DNA of 64,000 bases from an uncultured Peptoniphilaceae bacterium (GCA_964344295.1 CAYFMR010000003.1:54899-118898); one strand, 5' to 3'; counted from the stretch's first letter, positions 29,466-39,326 are shown. Numbers and translations are program-made. The notes: generated by a model from the letters alone, not told the origin.

Positions 29466-30323
29466 ATGACGAATACAGCAAAAGGGATAGGGATCATCGC
29501 GGATACATCGGCAGATATTTCTTATGAGCAGGAAAAAGAGTGGGGCGTCAAAATGATTCCCTTTTATATTGATGTGGATCACCAAACGTTTGTGGATGAT
29601 GAGCAGTTGAATAAAGAAGAGTTGTTGGTGGCCATGGAAAATTCCCGTGAATTCATCCGTTCCGCGTGCGCTTCCCCAGGAGTGTACTTGGATGCGATGA
29701 GAGATATGAAGCAAGATGAAATCATCGTATTGACCATTTCTCGTAAATTATCTGGCTCTTGGGATAGTGCTAGAGCGGCCAGAGAGTACTTTCTAAAAGA
29801 ATTCCCCCATAAAAAAGTAGAGGTTATCGATTGCCTGACGGCAGCGGCGGGCGCCGGATTGGCCTTGCATACTTTGGTAGAGTATGTTAAAGAGGGCTGG
29901 GATTTGGACACGGTGACCCATAAGATTCAAGAGTTTACCAAGCAGGCGAGAACTTTTTTGGTACTGGATTCCCTAGATGTGGTGATTAAAAATGGCCGAG
30001 TACCTCTGCTCAAAGGGAAAATCGCTAAGATGTTGGGAATCAAACTGGTTTTGGGCTCCAACGGCGAAGGCGAAATCATTATGTATGACAAACATCGCGG
30101 ACTGAAGCGTACGATGCAGGAAATGGGGCAGCTCATCAGCTCTTTGGTGGAATGCCCTGAAGAAAAAACGCTATTTATCTCTTACGCGGGAAGTGCGGCT
30201 AATGCTTTGCAATTAAAAGAGCTTTTAACCAAGCATCTAAACTGGAAGGACGTCGTCGTCAACCATACCAGGGGCGTTTGCACAATGTATGCTCAGCGTA
30301 ACGACGTGATTGTGGCATTCTGA
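29466..30323 (+). CDS. DegV-family fatty-acid-binding protein, copy 2 (tandem paralogue)
   Basis: Collinear with copy 1 over the full length. Shared blocks include EKEWG, PFYID, LTISRKLS.SW, KKVEVID, KNGR.PLLKG, AKMLGIK, LGSNG.GEI, ANALQLK. Same SD context (GAGGAGAAT.TTTATG). Confidence 0.85.
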   Translation: MTNTAKGIGIIADTSADISYEQEKEWGVKMIPFYIDVDHQTFVDDEQLNKEELLVAMENSREFIRSACASPGVYLDAMRDMKQDEIIVLTISRKLSGSWDSARAAREYFLKEFPHKKVEVIDCLTAAAGAGLALHTLVEYVKEGWDLDTVTHKIQEFTKQARTFLVLDSLDVVIKNGRVPLLKGKIAKMLGIKLVLGSNGEGEIIMYDKHRGLKRTMQEMGQLISSLVECPEEKTLFISYAGSAANALQLKELLTKHLNWKDVVVNHTRGVCTMYAQRNDVIVAF

Positions 30324-31360
30324 TGAAACGTGTATTATTAGGCATGAGTGGCGGTGTGGACAGTGCTGTGGCCGCAACTTTGTTGCAAAGAGAAGGGTAT
30401 GAGGTGCACGGGGTCACGCTAAAGACGCTCCCTCAGATGGATTCTACTGCTATTGCTGATGCGGAGAACGTGGCCAAATCCTTGGGGATGACATGGGAAT
30501 TGGTGGATGTTTCCGAGGATTTTAAAAAAAGGGTTACCGATCCGTTTTTGGAAAGTTTTCAACGAGGTGAAACGCCCAATCCCTGTGTCATTTGCAATAA
30601 GGAAGTGAAGCTGAAATACTTATTCCAAGTGGCTGACAAAAGGGGCTACTGTGATGTGGCCACGGGTCATTATGCACGCATCGAACGAGATGACGAAGGC
30701 TATGGTCTGTTTAAGGGGTTAGACGACAAGAAAGACCAAAGCTATTTTCTCTATGCCATTGATCCGGCTTGGCTCCCCCGGTTGCGTTTTCCCTTAGGAG
30801 GGTGGACTAAAGACAAAGTACGCCAATTGGCGGCAGAAGCGCGCTTAGCGGTGGCTTCCAAAAAGGATAGCGAGGATTTGTGCTTTGTGTTTGACGGAGA
30901 CTTGGAAGGCTACTTTACAGACCATGGCGTAGGTGATACGCCGGGTTCCTATGTGGATGCCGCCGGACGTGTGTTGGGGACACATCGCGGTGTGCATCAC
31001 TACACAATCGGCCAGCGCAAGGGACTGGGCATCGCTTTGGGACAAAAAGTCTTTGTGACCAGAATCGACGCTGCCACCAACGAAGTGGTCTTGGGGACCC
31101 ATGAGCAGCTAATGGCCAGAGAGGTGACGTTGCGGGAGTTTCAATGGCTGAGAAAGCCAAAACCGGATGACGAACTGACGGGGAGGGGCCGATATGGTGG
31201 GCACAATGAGCCGTTAACGGTAGACGAGACGGGCGGCGAGGTGCACGTGACCTTTATCGCGCCGCAACGGGCCTTGACGCCGGGGCAGAGCTTAGTCATT
31301 TATCGGGAAGAGCAGGTCCTGGGTGGCGGCGTCATCGAAACAGTGTGTCCGCAGGAATAA
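30323..31360 (+). CDS. mnmA: tRNA 2-thiouridine(34) synthase
   Basis: PP-loop GMSGGVDS, NPCVICN, ATGHYAR. Confidence 0.93.
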   Translation: MKRVLLGMSGGVDSAVAATLLQREGYEVHGVTLKTLPQMDSTAIADAENVAKSLGMTWELVDVSEDFKKRVTDPFLESFQRGETPNPCVICNKEVKLKYLFQVADKRGYCDVATGHYARIERDDEGYGLFKGLDDKKDQSYFLYAIDPAWLPRLRFPLGGWTKDKVRQLAAEARLAVASKKDSEDLCFVFDGDLEGYFTDHGVGDTPGSYVDAAGRVLGTHRGVHHYTIGQRKGLGIALGQKVFVTRIDAATNEVVLGTHEQLMAREVTLREFQWLRKPKPDDELTGRGRYGGHNEPLTVDETGGEVHVTFIAPQRALTPGQSLVIYREEQVLGGGVIETVCPQE

Positions 31361-31378
31361 AGGAATAGGAAGATTCGC

Positions 31379-31407
31379 AAGAGCTTGCAGGTGCAGGCTC
31401 TTTTTTT
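31379..31407 (+). terminator. intrinsic terminator after mnmA
   Basis: AGAGCTTG / CAGGCTCT hairpin (one G-U pair) followed by T7. Confidence 0.6.
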
Positions 31408-31414
31408 GTACAGT

Positions 31415-31431
31415 TTTACAGAGTGTTTACC
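31415..31431 (+). promoter_or_regulatory. Pho-box-like direct repeat upstream of the alkaline phosphatase gene
   Basis: TTTACA (31415-31420) and TTTACC (31426-31431) at 11-bp periodicity, with a further TGTACA at 31407-31412. Resembles the B. subtilis PhoP half-site TT(A/T/C)ACA. Confidence 0.35.
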
Positions 31432-31496
31432 GATCTCTCATATCTTGCACACAAGGGACTGTTACGATGAGATCATTACATAGAAGGAGGTTTCAA

Positions 31497-33035
31497 ATGC
31501 AGCAAAAAAGTAGTTTTCGTTTTACCATGAAGTCCGCCTTATTACTGCTCCTCGTAGCAGTTTTAGTGGTAGGTAGTGTGTGTTTACCACTAAGCACCAT
31601 CGGCGGTGAAGGCAAAGTAGCCCAGGCGGCTACGACTGCGGGATCGGCAGATAAGCCGGCAAAATACGTGTTCTTGTTTATTGGAGACGGGATGGCCCAC
31701 GTACAAGTCAACGCAGCGCAAGTGTACCAAGGAAATCAAAATTATGGCGAAATTGCCGTGGACCGCATGAGTTTTACACAATTTCCCGTAGCCGGTGTCC
31801 AATTGACCCAGGACTCCACCAGCTTTTGTCCGGACTCCGCTTCAACGGCCACGTCCATCAGTTCCGGATACAAAACGCACTCCGGCGTCATTGGCTTAGG
31901 TCCGGACAAGGAAGTGAAAAATGAGACCATGGCAGAAACGGCTCATAAACAAGGTAAGAAGGTGGGCATCATCTCCAGCGTCACCTTAAACCACGCCACT
32001 CCTGCTGCTTTTTACGCTCACGTCAACAGCCGTGGTGAATACTACACCATCGGAGAGCAAATGGCCGCATCCGGATTTGATTACTTTGCAGGCGGCTCCT
32101 TGGGTTCTCGAACCGGCAAAGAAAAAGATCAAAAAGACCTTTATGATGTATTAAAAGAAAAAGGCTACACCATTACAGAAACGAAAGATGCTTTTAAAGC
32201 CTTGAAAAAAGGTGATGAAAAAGTATATGCTGTCAGCCCTCGACTACAAGATAGCGGCTCCATGCCTTACACCATTGACCAACAAAAAGACGACATCACG
32301 TTAGCTGACTTTACGAAAAAAGGGATTGAATTATTGGATAACCCCAACGGCTTTTTCATGATGATTGAATCCGGTAAAATTGACTGGGCTTGTCACGCCA
32401 ATGATGCGGCAACGACCATTCATGAAGTGCAAGGTTTAAACGACAGCGTGAAAGTGGCTTTAGATTTTTACAAAAAACATCCGGAAGAAACGCTGATCTT
32501 GGTAACAGGAGACCATGAAACCGGAGGTTTGACGATTGGCCAAGCAGGAACAGGTTATGATACTGCGTTCTCCCTGATGCAAAAACAAACCATGAGTTAC
32601 GTCGCCTTTGACGACATGTTCTCCGACTTAAAAGAAAAGAATCCCCAAATGACGATGAAAGACGTGTACCCCATTATCGAAAAGGTCTTTGGCTTAAAAG
32701 CCAAAGGAGATGAAAAAGATCCTTTTGTGCTTACCGCTTATGAACAAAAACAATTAGAACGTGCCTTTGCAGAAAGTATGAAGGCAGAGGATAAGCGTAT
32801 GGAAGGTCAAGAGGCAGACATCCTCTACGGAGGTTATGAACCTTTGACGGTGACGATTACCCACCTTTTGAATCAAAAGACCGGCGTGGGTTGGACCAGC
32901 TATGCTCACACCGGTGTGCCGGTAGCTGTCTACGGTATTGGTGCTCGTGGCGATCTCTTTAACGGCTACTATGACAACACAGCCATTTACACGAAGGTCA
33001 TGGAAGCTATGGGTATGAAGGCTGGAGCCCAATGA
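31497..33035 (+). CDS. phoA: secreted alkaline phosphatase (PhoA family)
   Basis: Signal/TM segment, then FIGDGM and active-site DSASTATSISSG; later GDHETGG and HTG metal ligands. ATG 31497 lies 6 nt after AAGGAGG. Confidence 0.88.
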   Translation: MQQKSSFRFTMKSALLLLLVAVLVVGSVCLPLSTIGGEGKVAQAATTAGSADKPAKYVFLFIGDGMAHVQVNAAQVYQGNQNYGEIAVDRMSFTQFPVAGVQLTQDSTSFCPDSASTATSISSGYKTHSGVIGLGPDKEVKNETMAETAHKQGKKVGIISSVTLNHATPAAFYAHVNSRGEYYTIGEQMAASGFDYFAGGSLGSRTGKEKDQKDLYDVLKEKGYTITETKDAFKALKKGDEKVYAVSPRLQDSGSMPYTIDQQKDDITLADFTKKGIELLDNPNGFFMMIESGKIDWACHANDAATTIHEVQGLNDSVKVALDFYKKHPEETLILVTGDHETGGLTIGQAGTGYDTAFSLMQKQTMSYVAFDDMFSDLKEKNPQMTMKDVYPIIEKVFGLKAKGDEKDPFVLTAYEQKQLERAFAESMKAEDKRMEGQEADILYGGYEPLTVTITHLLNQKTGVGWTSYAHTGVPVAVYGIGARGDLFNGYYDNTAIYTKVMEAMGMKAGAQ

Positions 33036-34218
33036 GAGCCGAAACAAAATCTCGATCCTCGATGAACAGTCGATCGTGGAAGCTGGAGGCGGTGTACATT
33101 TTGTGCATCGCCATTTTGCTGGTCTTGCCCACCGGGTTTGAGAAGACACTTTACCGCCATGGGGAGCATGCTGTGGCCCGGGTATTGGATGTCAACAATA
33201 GTCAAGTCATCTCCGTGGGCGTGGTGACCACGGGAGAGCAACGTGTCCAAGCCGAACTCTTAAGCGGGGCGAGAAAGGGCGAAGTCGTCGAGGCGATGAA
33301 TTTTTTTGAAGGACAATTGGAACGAGATCATCCGGTGGTGCCGGGAGATAAGTTGCTGCTGTTAAATGAATATAACGACGGCGGTGAGCTGATTTTTTCC
33401 TCGGTGGTGGATCACTATCGACTGCCGGCTTTGGCGGCGATGGTCGCTATTTTCGCCATCTTGTTGGTGATCACTTGTGGCCCCACTGGCTTGAAGACGG
33501 TACTGAGCTTTACGTTCACGTTGCTTTTGATGTGGAAGGTGATGATCCCTTGGTTTTTGCGTGGCATATCACCCTTTTGGTAGCGATGGTCGTTGGCAAT
33601 GTGATGACGGCAGGGACGATTCTTTTGGTGTCCGGATTTTGCCCTCGCTCTTACGGAGCCATCTTGAGCTCCTTGGGCTGCTCCTTGATCACTCTGTTTG
33701 TGGCACGGATTTTTATCTACTTTCTGAATCTAGACGGCAGTACGTTACCTTGGGTCGAAGGACTCTACTATGCCGGGTATGGCCAGATCCACTTGGGGGC
33801 CATCTTACAGGCCGCTGTGTACCTGGGCTGCTCCGGTGCCATTATGGACCTGTCTTTGGATATCAGTGCTACGCTGGAAGAAGTGAAGAAAGCCAATCCC
33901 GCCATCTCCTCCAAGGAGCTATTTCGCTCCGGTTTAACGGTAGGTCGTACGGTGGTGGGAGCGGAGACGACGTTGTTGTTACTGGCCTATATGGGGACGT
34001 CGCTGACCATTCTCATGGTGATCATGACCCAGGGGACGCCTTTGCTCAGCGTGCTTACGTCAAAAGCCATGCCGACAGAACTGCTTTACACCTTTGCCGG
34101 TTGCATTGGTTTGGTGTTTGTGCCACCGGTGACCTCATTGGCTACGATTTGGCTGATGAACCGCGTGGAGGAAACGGAGCTTTCACAGGGTGCTGATATG
34201 GGGAGTCAAACCAGCTGA
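33032..34218 (+). pseudogene. YibE/F-family membrane protein split into two frames at a T4 run
   Basis: ORF 33032-33583 carries the N-terminal TM, extracytoplasmic domain and first helices and ends ...FLRGISPFW*. The family continues without interruption in ORF 33475-34218 from ...LLVAMVVGNVMTAG. One extra T in TTTT (33575-33578) would fuse the two frames. Confidence 0.7.
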
Positions 34219-34284
34219 CCAGGCTAGCAGAATCGGTGCGGAGAGAGCCACGGGTGACATGAATGAAGAACAGATTCACTTTCA

Positions 34285-34313
34285 AAAAACTTCCGAGATA
34301 CGGAAGTTTTTTT
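34285..34313 (+). terminator. intrinsic terminator after yibE/F
   Basis: AACTTCCG (34288-34295) pairs with CGGAAGTT (34301-34308), followed by a T-run. Confidence 0.8.
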
Positions 34314-34399
34314 GTGCTCCAAGGGTCTGTAATTAGCGTTTTTCTAGCTTATCAGGTGGTTTTGTAGTATAATATAAAAGATTAGGATGAGGAGGGTAT

Positions 34400-35374
34400 A
34401 TGGAAAACATAAAAAAGACATTTTATTTTGACCAAGATAGTCTCATGGAGATGGTGGGGCAACTGGACTGCTACCTCAATCTTTTGAATGATAGATTAGA
34501 AGTGAACCTGACCGTTGAGGAAGATGGCTTGGCGGTAGAAGCCTCTCAGGAAAAAGTGGAGCGCGTGGAGAAGGTGTTATCTTTGATGGACCAGATGCGT
34601 CGCTCTTATAAGCGGTTGGAGCGTAAGGATGTAGAGTATGCCATTGAGTCTGTCTGGGAGGATAAAGAAGACCAAGTGATCAAGACGATGAGTGAAGTGA
34701 TCATTCACGCAGACTCAGGTCGCATGATCCGTCCCAAGACGTTGGGCCAACGGCAGTATGTAGATGCCATGGCACAGTCTGACGTGACGTTTTGCATCGG
34801 CCCTGCCGGGACGGGAAAGACTTATCTGGCCATGGCTATGGCGGTGAAGGCATTTAAAAATCGTGAAGTGCACCGTATCATCCTGACGCGCCCGGCGGTG
34901 GAAGCCGGGGAGAACCTGGGTTTTTTGCCGGGGGATTTGCAAAACAAAGTGGATCCTTACTTGCGCCCTCTCTACGATGCCTTGTTTGATATTTTAGGCT
35001 ACGAAAAATACCAGCGCTATGTGGAAAAAGGCATGATTGAAGTGGCACCATTGGCGTATATGCGCGGGAGGACTCTGGATCACTCGTATATTATCCTCGA
35101 TGAGGCACAAAACACGACCAATGAGCAGATGAAAATGTTTTTAACCCGCATGGGTTATGGTTCCAAGGCCGTCATCACCGGCGATGTGACCCAAATTGAC
35201 TTGCCGCGCGGGAAGCAATCGGGGCTAAAGACGGTGACGGAAATCCTCCAGGACATTGCGGGGCTTTCCTTTGTGTATTTGAATAGAAGAGATATTGTAC
35301 GTCACCCCATGGTCCAAAAGATCATCGAAGCTTATGAAAAGCATGAACAGGAGGAGACGGGGACTCCTTCGTAA
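34400..35374 (+). CDS. phoH: PhoH-family ATPase
   Basis: Walker A GPAGTGKT, LDEAQN, ITGDVTQIDLP. Confidence 0.92.
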   Translation: MENIKKTFYFDQDSLMEMVGQLDCYLNLLNDRLEVNLTVEEDGLAVEASQEKVERVEKVLSLMDQMRRSYKRLERKDVEYAIESVWEDKEDQVIKTMSEVIIHADSGRMIRPKTLGQRQYVDAMAQSDVTFCIGPAGTGKTYLAMAMAVKAFKNREVHRIILTRPAVEAGENLGFLPGDLQNKVDPYLRPLYDALFDILGYEKYQRYVEKGMIEVAPLAYMRGRTLDHSYIILDEAQNTTNEQMKMFLTRMGYGSKAVITGDVTQIDLPRGKQSGLKTVTEILQDIAGLSFVYLNRRDIVRHPMVQKIIEAYEKHEQEETGTPS

Positions 35375-35389
35375 AATTGAGGTGATGAA

Positions 35390-37432
35390 GTGAAAAAAAT
35401 GACCGAGAAAAATGCAGAAACTCCGCGTAAAATGTGGCCTTTGTTATTGATCTACGCGGTGGTATTGGTCCTACTGATTAACTTCGGTCGCTGGATGACC
35501 ACCAATCAGTTGACGGTGGGACAACGCGTAAAAGAGTCTATTTATAGCGTTAAGGACTTTCGTAACACCGTCAGAGAAGACCAGCTCAAGGAGGAAGCGG
35601 CATCCCGGGTGGAAGTGGTCTATAAGCGCATCCCCCAGGTACCGGTCACCATTCGGGAAAATCTCAACACTTTTTTTGACACGGCGCAAAAGTTGCGCAT
35701 CAATACGAATTTAACAGAAGAAGATCGTATTAACCAGCTTACGGAGGAGCTGGGATTTTCCCGGGAAGCGGCTCAAGCCGTGTTGAGTCTGGGCTATCAT
35801 GATATGAATTATTTGGAAGTCATCGTTAATGACTTATTAAGCCAGTGGTTAGCGGCTGGGATTCGTGATACCAGTGGCACCGTGATTAAGGATAAGGCCA
35901 CAGAAGCGTTGGCCAACTTTGACATCACGGACGCGCAACGTTTAGCTGGGGTGGAGATCCTGGAAACGCTAATCATTCCCAATGAAATCGTGGACACCCA
36001 AGCAACGAATGCCTTAAGGGAAGATGCCATGGCCGAGGTGGGGCCTATGGAGGTCAAAAGGGGTGATTTACTCTTTGAAAAAGGGCATGTGCTCACGGCA
36101 TCAGATATTGAAGTCTTGGGGATTGCGGGGATTGTAGACATCAGTTCCGGCATGTCCCGTATGAAAAGCGTAAGCCTGTCTGTCGTGATCATCTTATTGA
36201 CATTGATGTGGTACTACATCGCCCAGAACATGGGCCTTTTTCAAGGCGATCGCAGCACCTTGGCACTGACCTTTATGTTGGACTTGATTATGCTGATACT
36301 GCCCTTATTTTTGACCAAGGAGTTGTTTTGGCTTTGGCCTGTAGTGGCAATGATGCTCTTGTCTCGTACGTTGGTGGGAGATCGACTGGCTTTATTTAAT
36401 TTTTTCTATGTCTGTGCGATGATCTTGGTCCTTTATGGCGTGGATGTGTCCCAGCTGGTGGTGTTGATTATGGTGGGATGGTCCGTGCTATGGCTGTCCA
36501 ACAATGTTGAACGCTATGGCCGTTCGCATATGATTGTCATCAGTTTGTTGGCATCGTTTTGCGGGGTCGTGTTGTTGGTGGCTTTGGAAGGGAGCAAAGG
36601 TTCTTTGGACTGGTCGATTTGGCGCCCCTTGGTGTATCTCATGGGCAATGGCCTGCTATCATCCATTGTCTACATTGGGACATTGCCGTTGTGGGAAAAC
36701 TTTTTCGATCGCTTGACGACGGAAAGGCTTTTAGAACTTTCCAATCCCCAGCGTAAGCTCCTGCGGGACTTAGTGGAGCAGGCACCTGGCACTTACCAAC
36801 ACAGCTTGATTGTGGCGAACCTGACCGAAGCCTGTGCCCGTGCCATCGGAGCAGATGGCTTATTGTGCCGTGTCGGGGCTTATTACCATGACATTGGCAA
36901 GACCAAGAATCCCTATTATTTTAAAGAAAATCAACAAGAGGATAGTGTACACGACCTCTTATCCAATTATGACAGTGCCCAGGTCATTATCGATCACATC
37001 AAAGTCGGAGAAAAAATGGCCAGAGAGGCGGGACTGCCAGACCGCATCGTACAATTTATTACAGAACACCATGGGGACTCTCTCGTGCGTTATTTCTACA
37101 ACACGGCGGTCAACGAAGGGGAAAACCCCAACCGTGCTGACTACTCTTATCCGGGGCCCAAACCGCAAAGCCGGGAAACGGCGATTATGATGATTGTTGA
37201 CAGCGTGGAAGCGGCAGCGCGGACTCTGGAAGTTAAAAATGAGGAGAATTTCCGCGCGTTGGTGGGCAAAATCATTCGTGGAAAAGCGGATGAGGGACAA
37301 TTTGATGAGTGCCCCCTGAAGTTGGAAGAGTTATATGTGGTGAAAGAGACCTTAGTGCAATCTTTGATGGACATGTACCATGAGAGGATTGCCTATCCGG
37401 AGGAGAAAAAGGCGATTGAAACTACTAATTGA
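35390..37432 (+). CDS. pgpH: 7TM-HD (HDIG) membrane phosphohydrolase, PgpH/YqfF-like c-di-AMP phosphodiesterase family
   Basis: N-terminal extracellular region, 7 TM, C-terminal HD domain (YQHSLIVANL, YYHDIGK, HHG). GTG 35390 or ATG 35399. Confidence 0.85.
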   Translation: MKKMTEKNAETPRKMWPLLLIYAVVLVLLINFGRWMTTNQLTVGQRVKESIYSVKDFRNTVREDQLKEEAASRVEVVYKRIPQVPVTIRENLNTFFDTAQKLRINTNLTEEDRINQLTEELGFSREAAQAVLSLGYHDMNYLEVIVNDLLSQWLAAGIRDTSGTVIKDKATEALANFDITDAQRLAGVEILETLIIPNEIVDTQATNALREDAMAEVGPMEVKRGDLLFEKGHVLTASDIEVLGIAGIVDISSGMSRMKSVSLSVVIILLTLMWYYIAQNMGLFQGDRSTLALTFMLDLIMLILPLFLTKELFWLWPVVAMMLLSRTLVGDRLALFNFFYVCAMILVLYGVDVSQLVVLIMVGWSVLWLSNNVERYGRSHMIVISLLASFCGVVLLVALEGSKGSLDWSIWRPLVYLMGNGLLSSIVYIGTLPLWENFFDRLTTERLLELSNPQRKLLRDLVEQAPGTYQHSLIVANLTEACARAIGADGLLCRVGAYYHDIGKTKNPYYFKENQQEDSVHDLLSNYDSAQVIIDHIKVGEKMAREAGLPDRIVQFITEHHGDSLVRYFYNTAVNEGENPNRADYSYPGPKPQSRETAIMMIVDSVEAAARTLEVKNEENFRALVGKIIRGKADEGQFDECPLKLEELYVVKETLVQSLMDMYHERIAYPEEKKAIETTN

Positions 37433-37889
37433 CTATGATCGAGAAGAAGAGGAGCGTCCTTGGACACCAGCTTTGCAAAAGGCGATGGAGGTCGCTCTTC
37501 GTCTTGAAGGGAAGAATTCAGAGGATTATGAAATCAGCTTAAGCTTTGTCGATGATGCGGAGATTCGAGCCTTAAATCGCGATTATCGAGGTGTCGATAA
37601 GGTGACGGACGTGCTATCCTTTCCCATGGATGAGGATTTTCCCGTATTGCCGGTGATGCTTGGCGATATTGTCATCAACTTGGAACAGGCGAAGCGACAA
37701 GGGGAGGACTACGGTCATGGGTTGGCTCGAGAACTGGTCTATCTCGTGGTCCATAGCATGTTTCATCTGTTAGGCTATGACCATGAAGAGTTAGAAGACA
37801 AAAAGAAGATGCGGCAACGGGAAGAAGCGGTGATGCAGGAGTTGGATTTATCCCGAGAGGAAGGAGATCAGGATGAGACGTCATCATAA
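37416..37889 (+). CDS. ybeY: rRNA maturation endoribonuclease YbeY
   Basis: Zn motif HSMFHLLGYDH and TDVLSFP. TTG 37416 lies 10 nt after GGAGGAG. The upstream in-frame ATG 37380 would add a non-homologous basic extension. Confidence 0.85.
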   Translation: MKLLIDYDREEEERPWTPALQKAMEVALRLEGKNSEDYEISLSFVDDAEIRALNRDYRGVDKVTDVLSFPMDEDFPVLPVMLGDIVINLEQAKRQGEDYGHGLARELVYLVVHSMFHLLGYDHEELEDKKKMRQREEAVMQELDLSREEGDQDETSS

Positions 37890-38934
37890 GATACTGGGCG
37901 TATTGCTTTGTTTATTACTGTTACTGCCAGGGTGCGGCACAAAAATCGAGCAGGTACCGGTGGACGAACCGGAGCCAGTGGAGCCGGTGGAAGAGGCGCC
38001 GGCCATTCGCTCCTACTTAAGCGGATGGGAAATTGAGCCGGATCGGTTAAAGCTGCGCCCGATGGCTGTCATGTTGGATAATCATCCTCAAGCCCGATGG
38101 CAACACAATATCACCTTAGCTGACCTAGTCTACGAGATTCCGGTGGAAGGCACCTATACCCGCTATATGGCGCTTTTTTTAACCAATGAGCCGGACGAGA
38201 TCGGCTCCGTGCGCTCAGCGAGACCGTACTTTGTGCGTCTGGCTGAAGAGTATCAGGCTGTTTATGTCCATGCGGGTGGCAGCGAAGAAGCGAAGAGCCT
38301 AGCTCACAACTCTACGTCCGTGATTGATATGGATGCCATTGTGGCCTCGCCGACGGAGTTTTGGCGAGTAGACCACAAAAAAGCGCCCCACAATCTTTAC
38401 ACTTCTTCCGAGGCTATTCGCCAGTTCGAAAAGAACCACGGCGGTACACAGGCAGTGGATGTCGTGGAGCGATTCCAATTTGAAGACGAGCCGACGGTAC
38501 GAGGCGATGGGGCTTCAGATGTGATCATTCGATACTTTGCTGATAACGAAACAGAGTATCGTTTCGATGAGGCATCACATACTTATCGCCGCTATAAAGA
38601 CGGGGTCTTACACATTGACGAAAAAGACGAAACGGAGTTGGCCGTGGCCAACATCATCATCCAACGTGTGGAAAGTCGCGTGATCGATCAGGAAGGCCGT
38701 CTGGCTGTGGATGTGGTGGGTGCAGGCGAAGGGATGCTTTATACACAAGGACAAAAATGGCCCATCACCTGGTCAAAAACCTCGGAGGATGCTCCTACGA
38801 CCTACCGACAAGAAAATGGGGAGCCGTTGACCCTGGTGCCCGGTCAGACGTGGATTCAAGTGATTGACCAAAGAACGACAGTAGAGGATCAAGAGGAAGC
38901 GTCGGAAACAGACCAAGGAGAAGATACCCCATGA
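37873..38934 (+). CDS. DUF3048 (YerB-like) lipoprotein
   Basis: Lipobox LLLPGC. RPMAVMLDNHP..., VYEIPVEG..TR and SVRSARPYF blocks are typical of DUF3048. Confidence 0.75.
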   Translation: MRRHHKILGVLLCLLLLLPGCGTKIEQVPVDEPEPVEPVEEAPAIRSYLSGWEIEPDRLKLRPMAVMLDNHPQARWQHNITLADLVYEIPVEGTYTRYMALFLTNEPDEIGSVRSARPYFVRLAEEYQAVYVHAGGSEEAKSLAHNSTSVIDMDAIVASPTEFWRVDHKKAPHNLYTSSEAIRQFEKNHGGTQAVDVVERFQFEDEPTVRGDGASDVIIRYFADNETEYRFDEASHTYRRYKDGVLHIDEKDETELAVANIIIQRVESRVIDQEGRLAVDVVGAGEGMLYTQGQKWPITWSKTSEDAPTTYRQENGEPLTLVPGQTWIQVIDQRTTVEDQEEASETDQGEDTP

Positions 38935-39317
38935 AGCCGGAAGAACTGATTGCCCTGGCGCGACAGGCCAAAGAAAACGCCTACGCCCCCTACTCTCATT
39001 ACCGCGTGGGCGCTGCACTGGTAACAGCCGATGGCACCACGTTTACCGGGGTTAATGTGGAAAATGCCAGTTACGGGGCTACTATTTGTGCTGAACGGGT
39101 GGCCATGCTGAAAGCGGTCAGCGAAGGTCATCGCCGACTGGTAGCGCTGGCTATTGCGGCCGATGCGCCGTGGCCTTACCCCTGTGGCATCTGTCGCCAG
39201 GTCATGGAAGAATTTAACCCGGAGATGGCGGTTTATGTAGCGGGAGAAGGTGAAGCGTATGAAAGTTATACGTTGGCACAGCTTTTGCCCCGAAGTTTCA
39301 ATAGCCGCAATTTGTAA
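38931..39317 (+). CDS. cdd: cytidine deaminase
   Basis: CAER and PCGICRQ zinc motifs. 128 aa. Confidence 0.92.
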   Translation: MKPEELIALARQAKENAYAPYSHYRVGAALVTADGTTFTGVNVENASYGATICAERVAMLKAVSEGHRRLVALAIAADAPWPYPCGICRQVMEEFNPEMAVYVAGEGEAYESYTLAQLLPRSFNSRNL

Positions 39318-39326
39318 GGAGGCCAT

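Noticed and set aside
33561-34196. 211-aa ORF in the third frame across the yibE/F region
   Set aside because: The product is Arg/Gly/Asp-rich nonsense. The other two frames carry the recognisable YibE/F helices.
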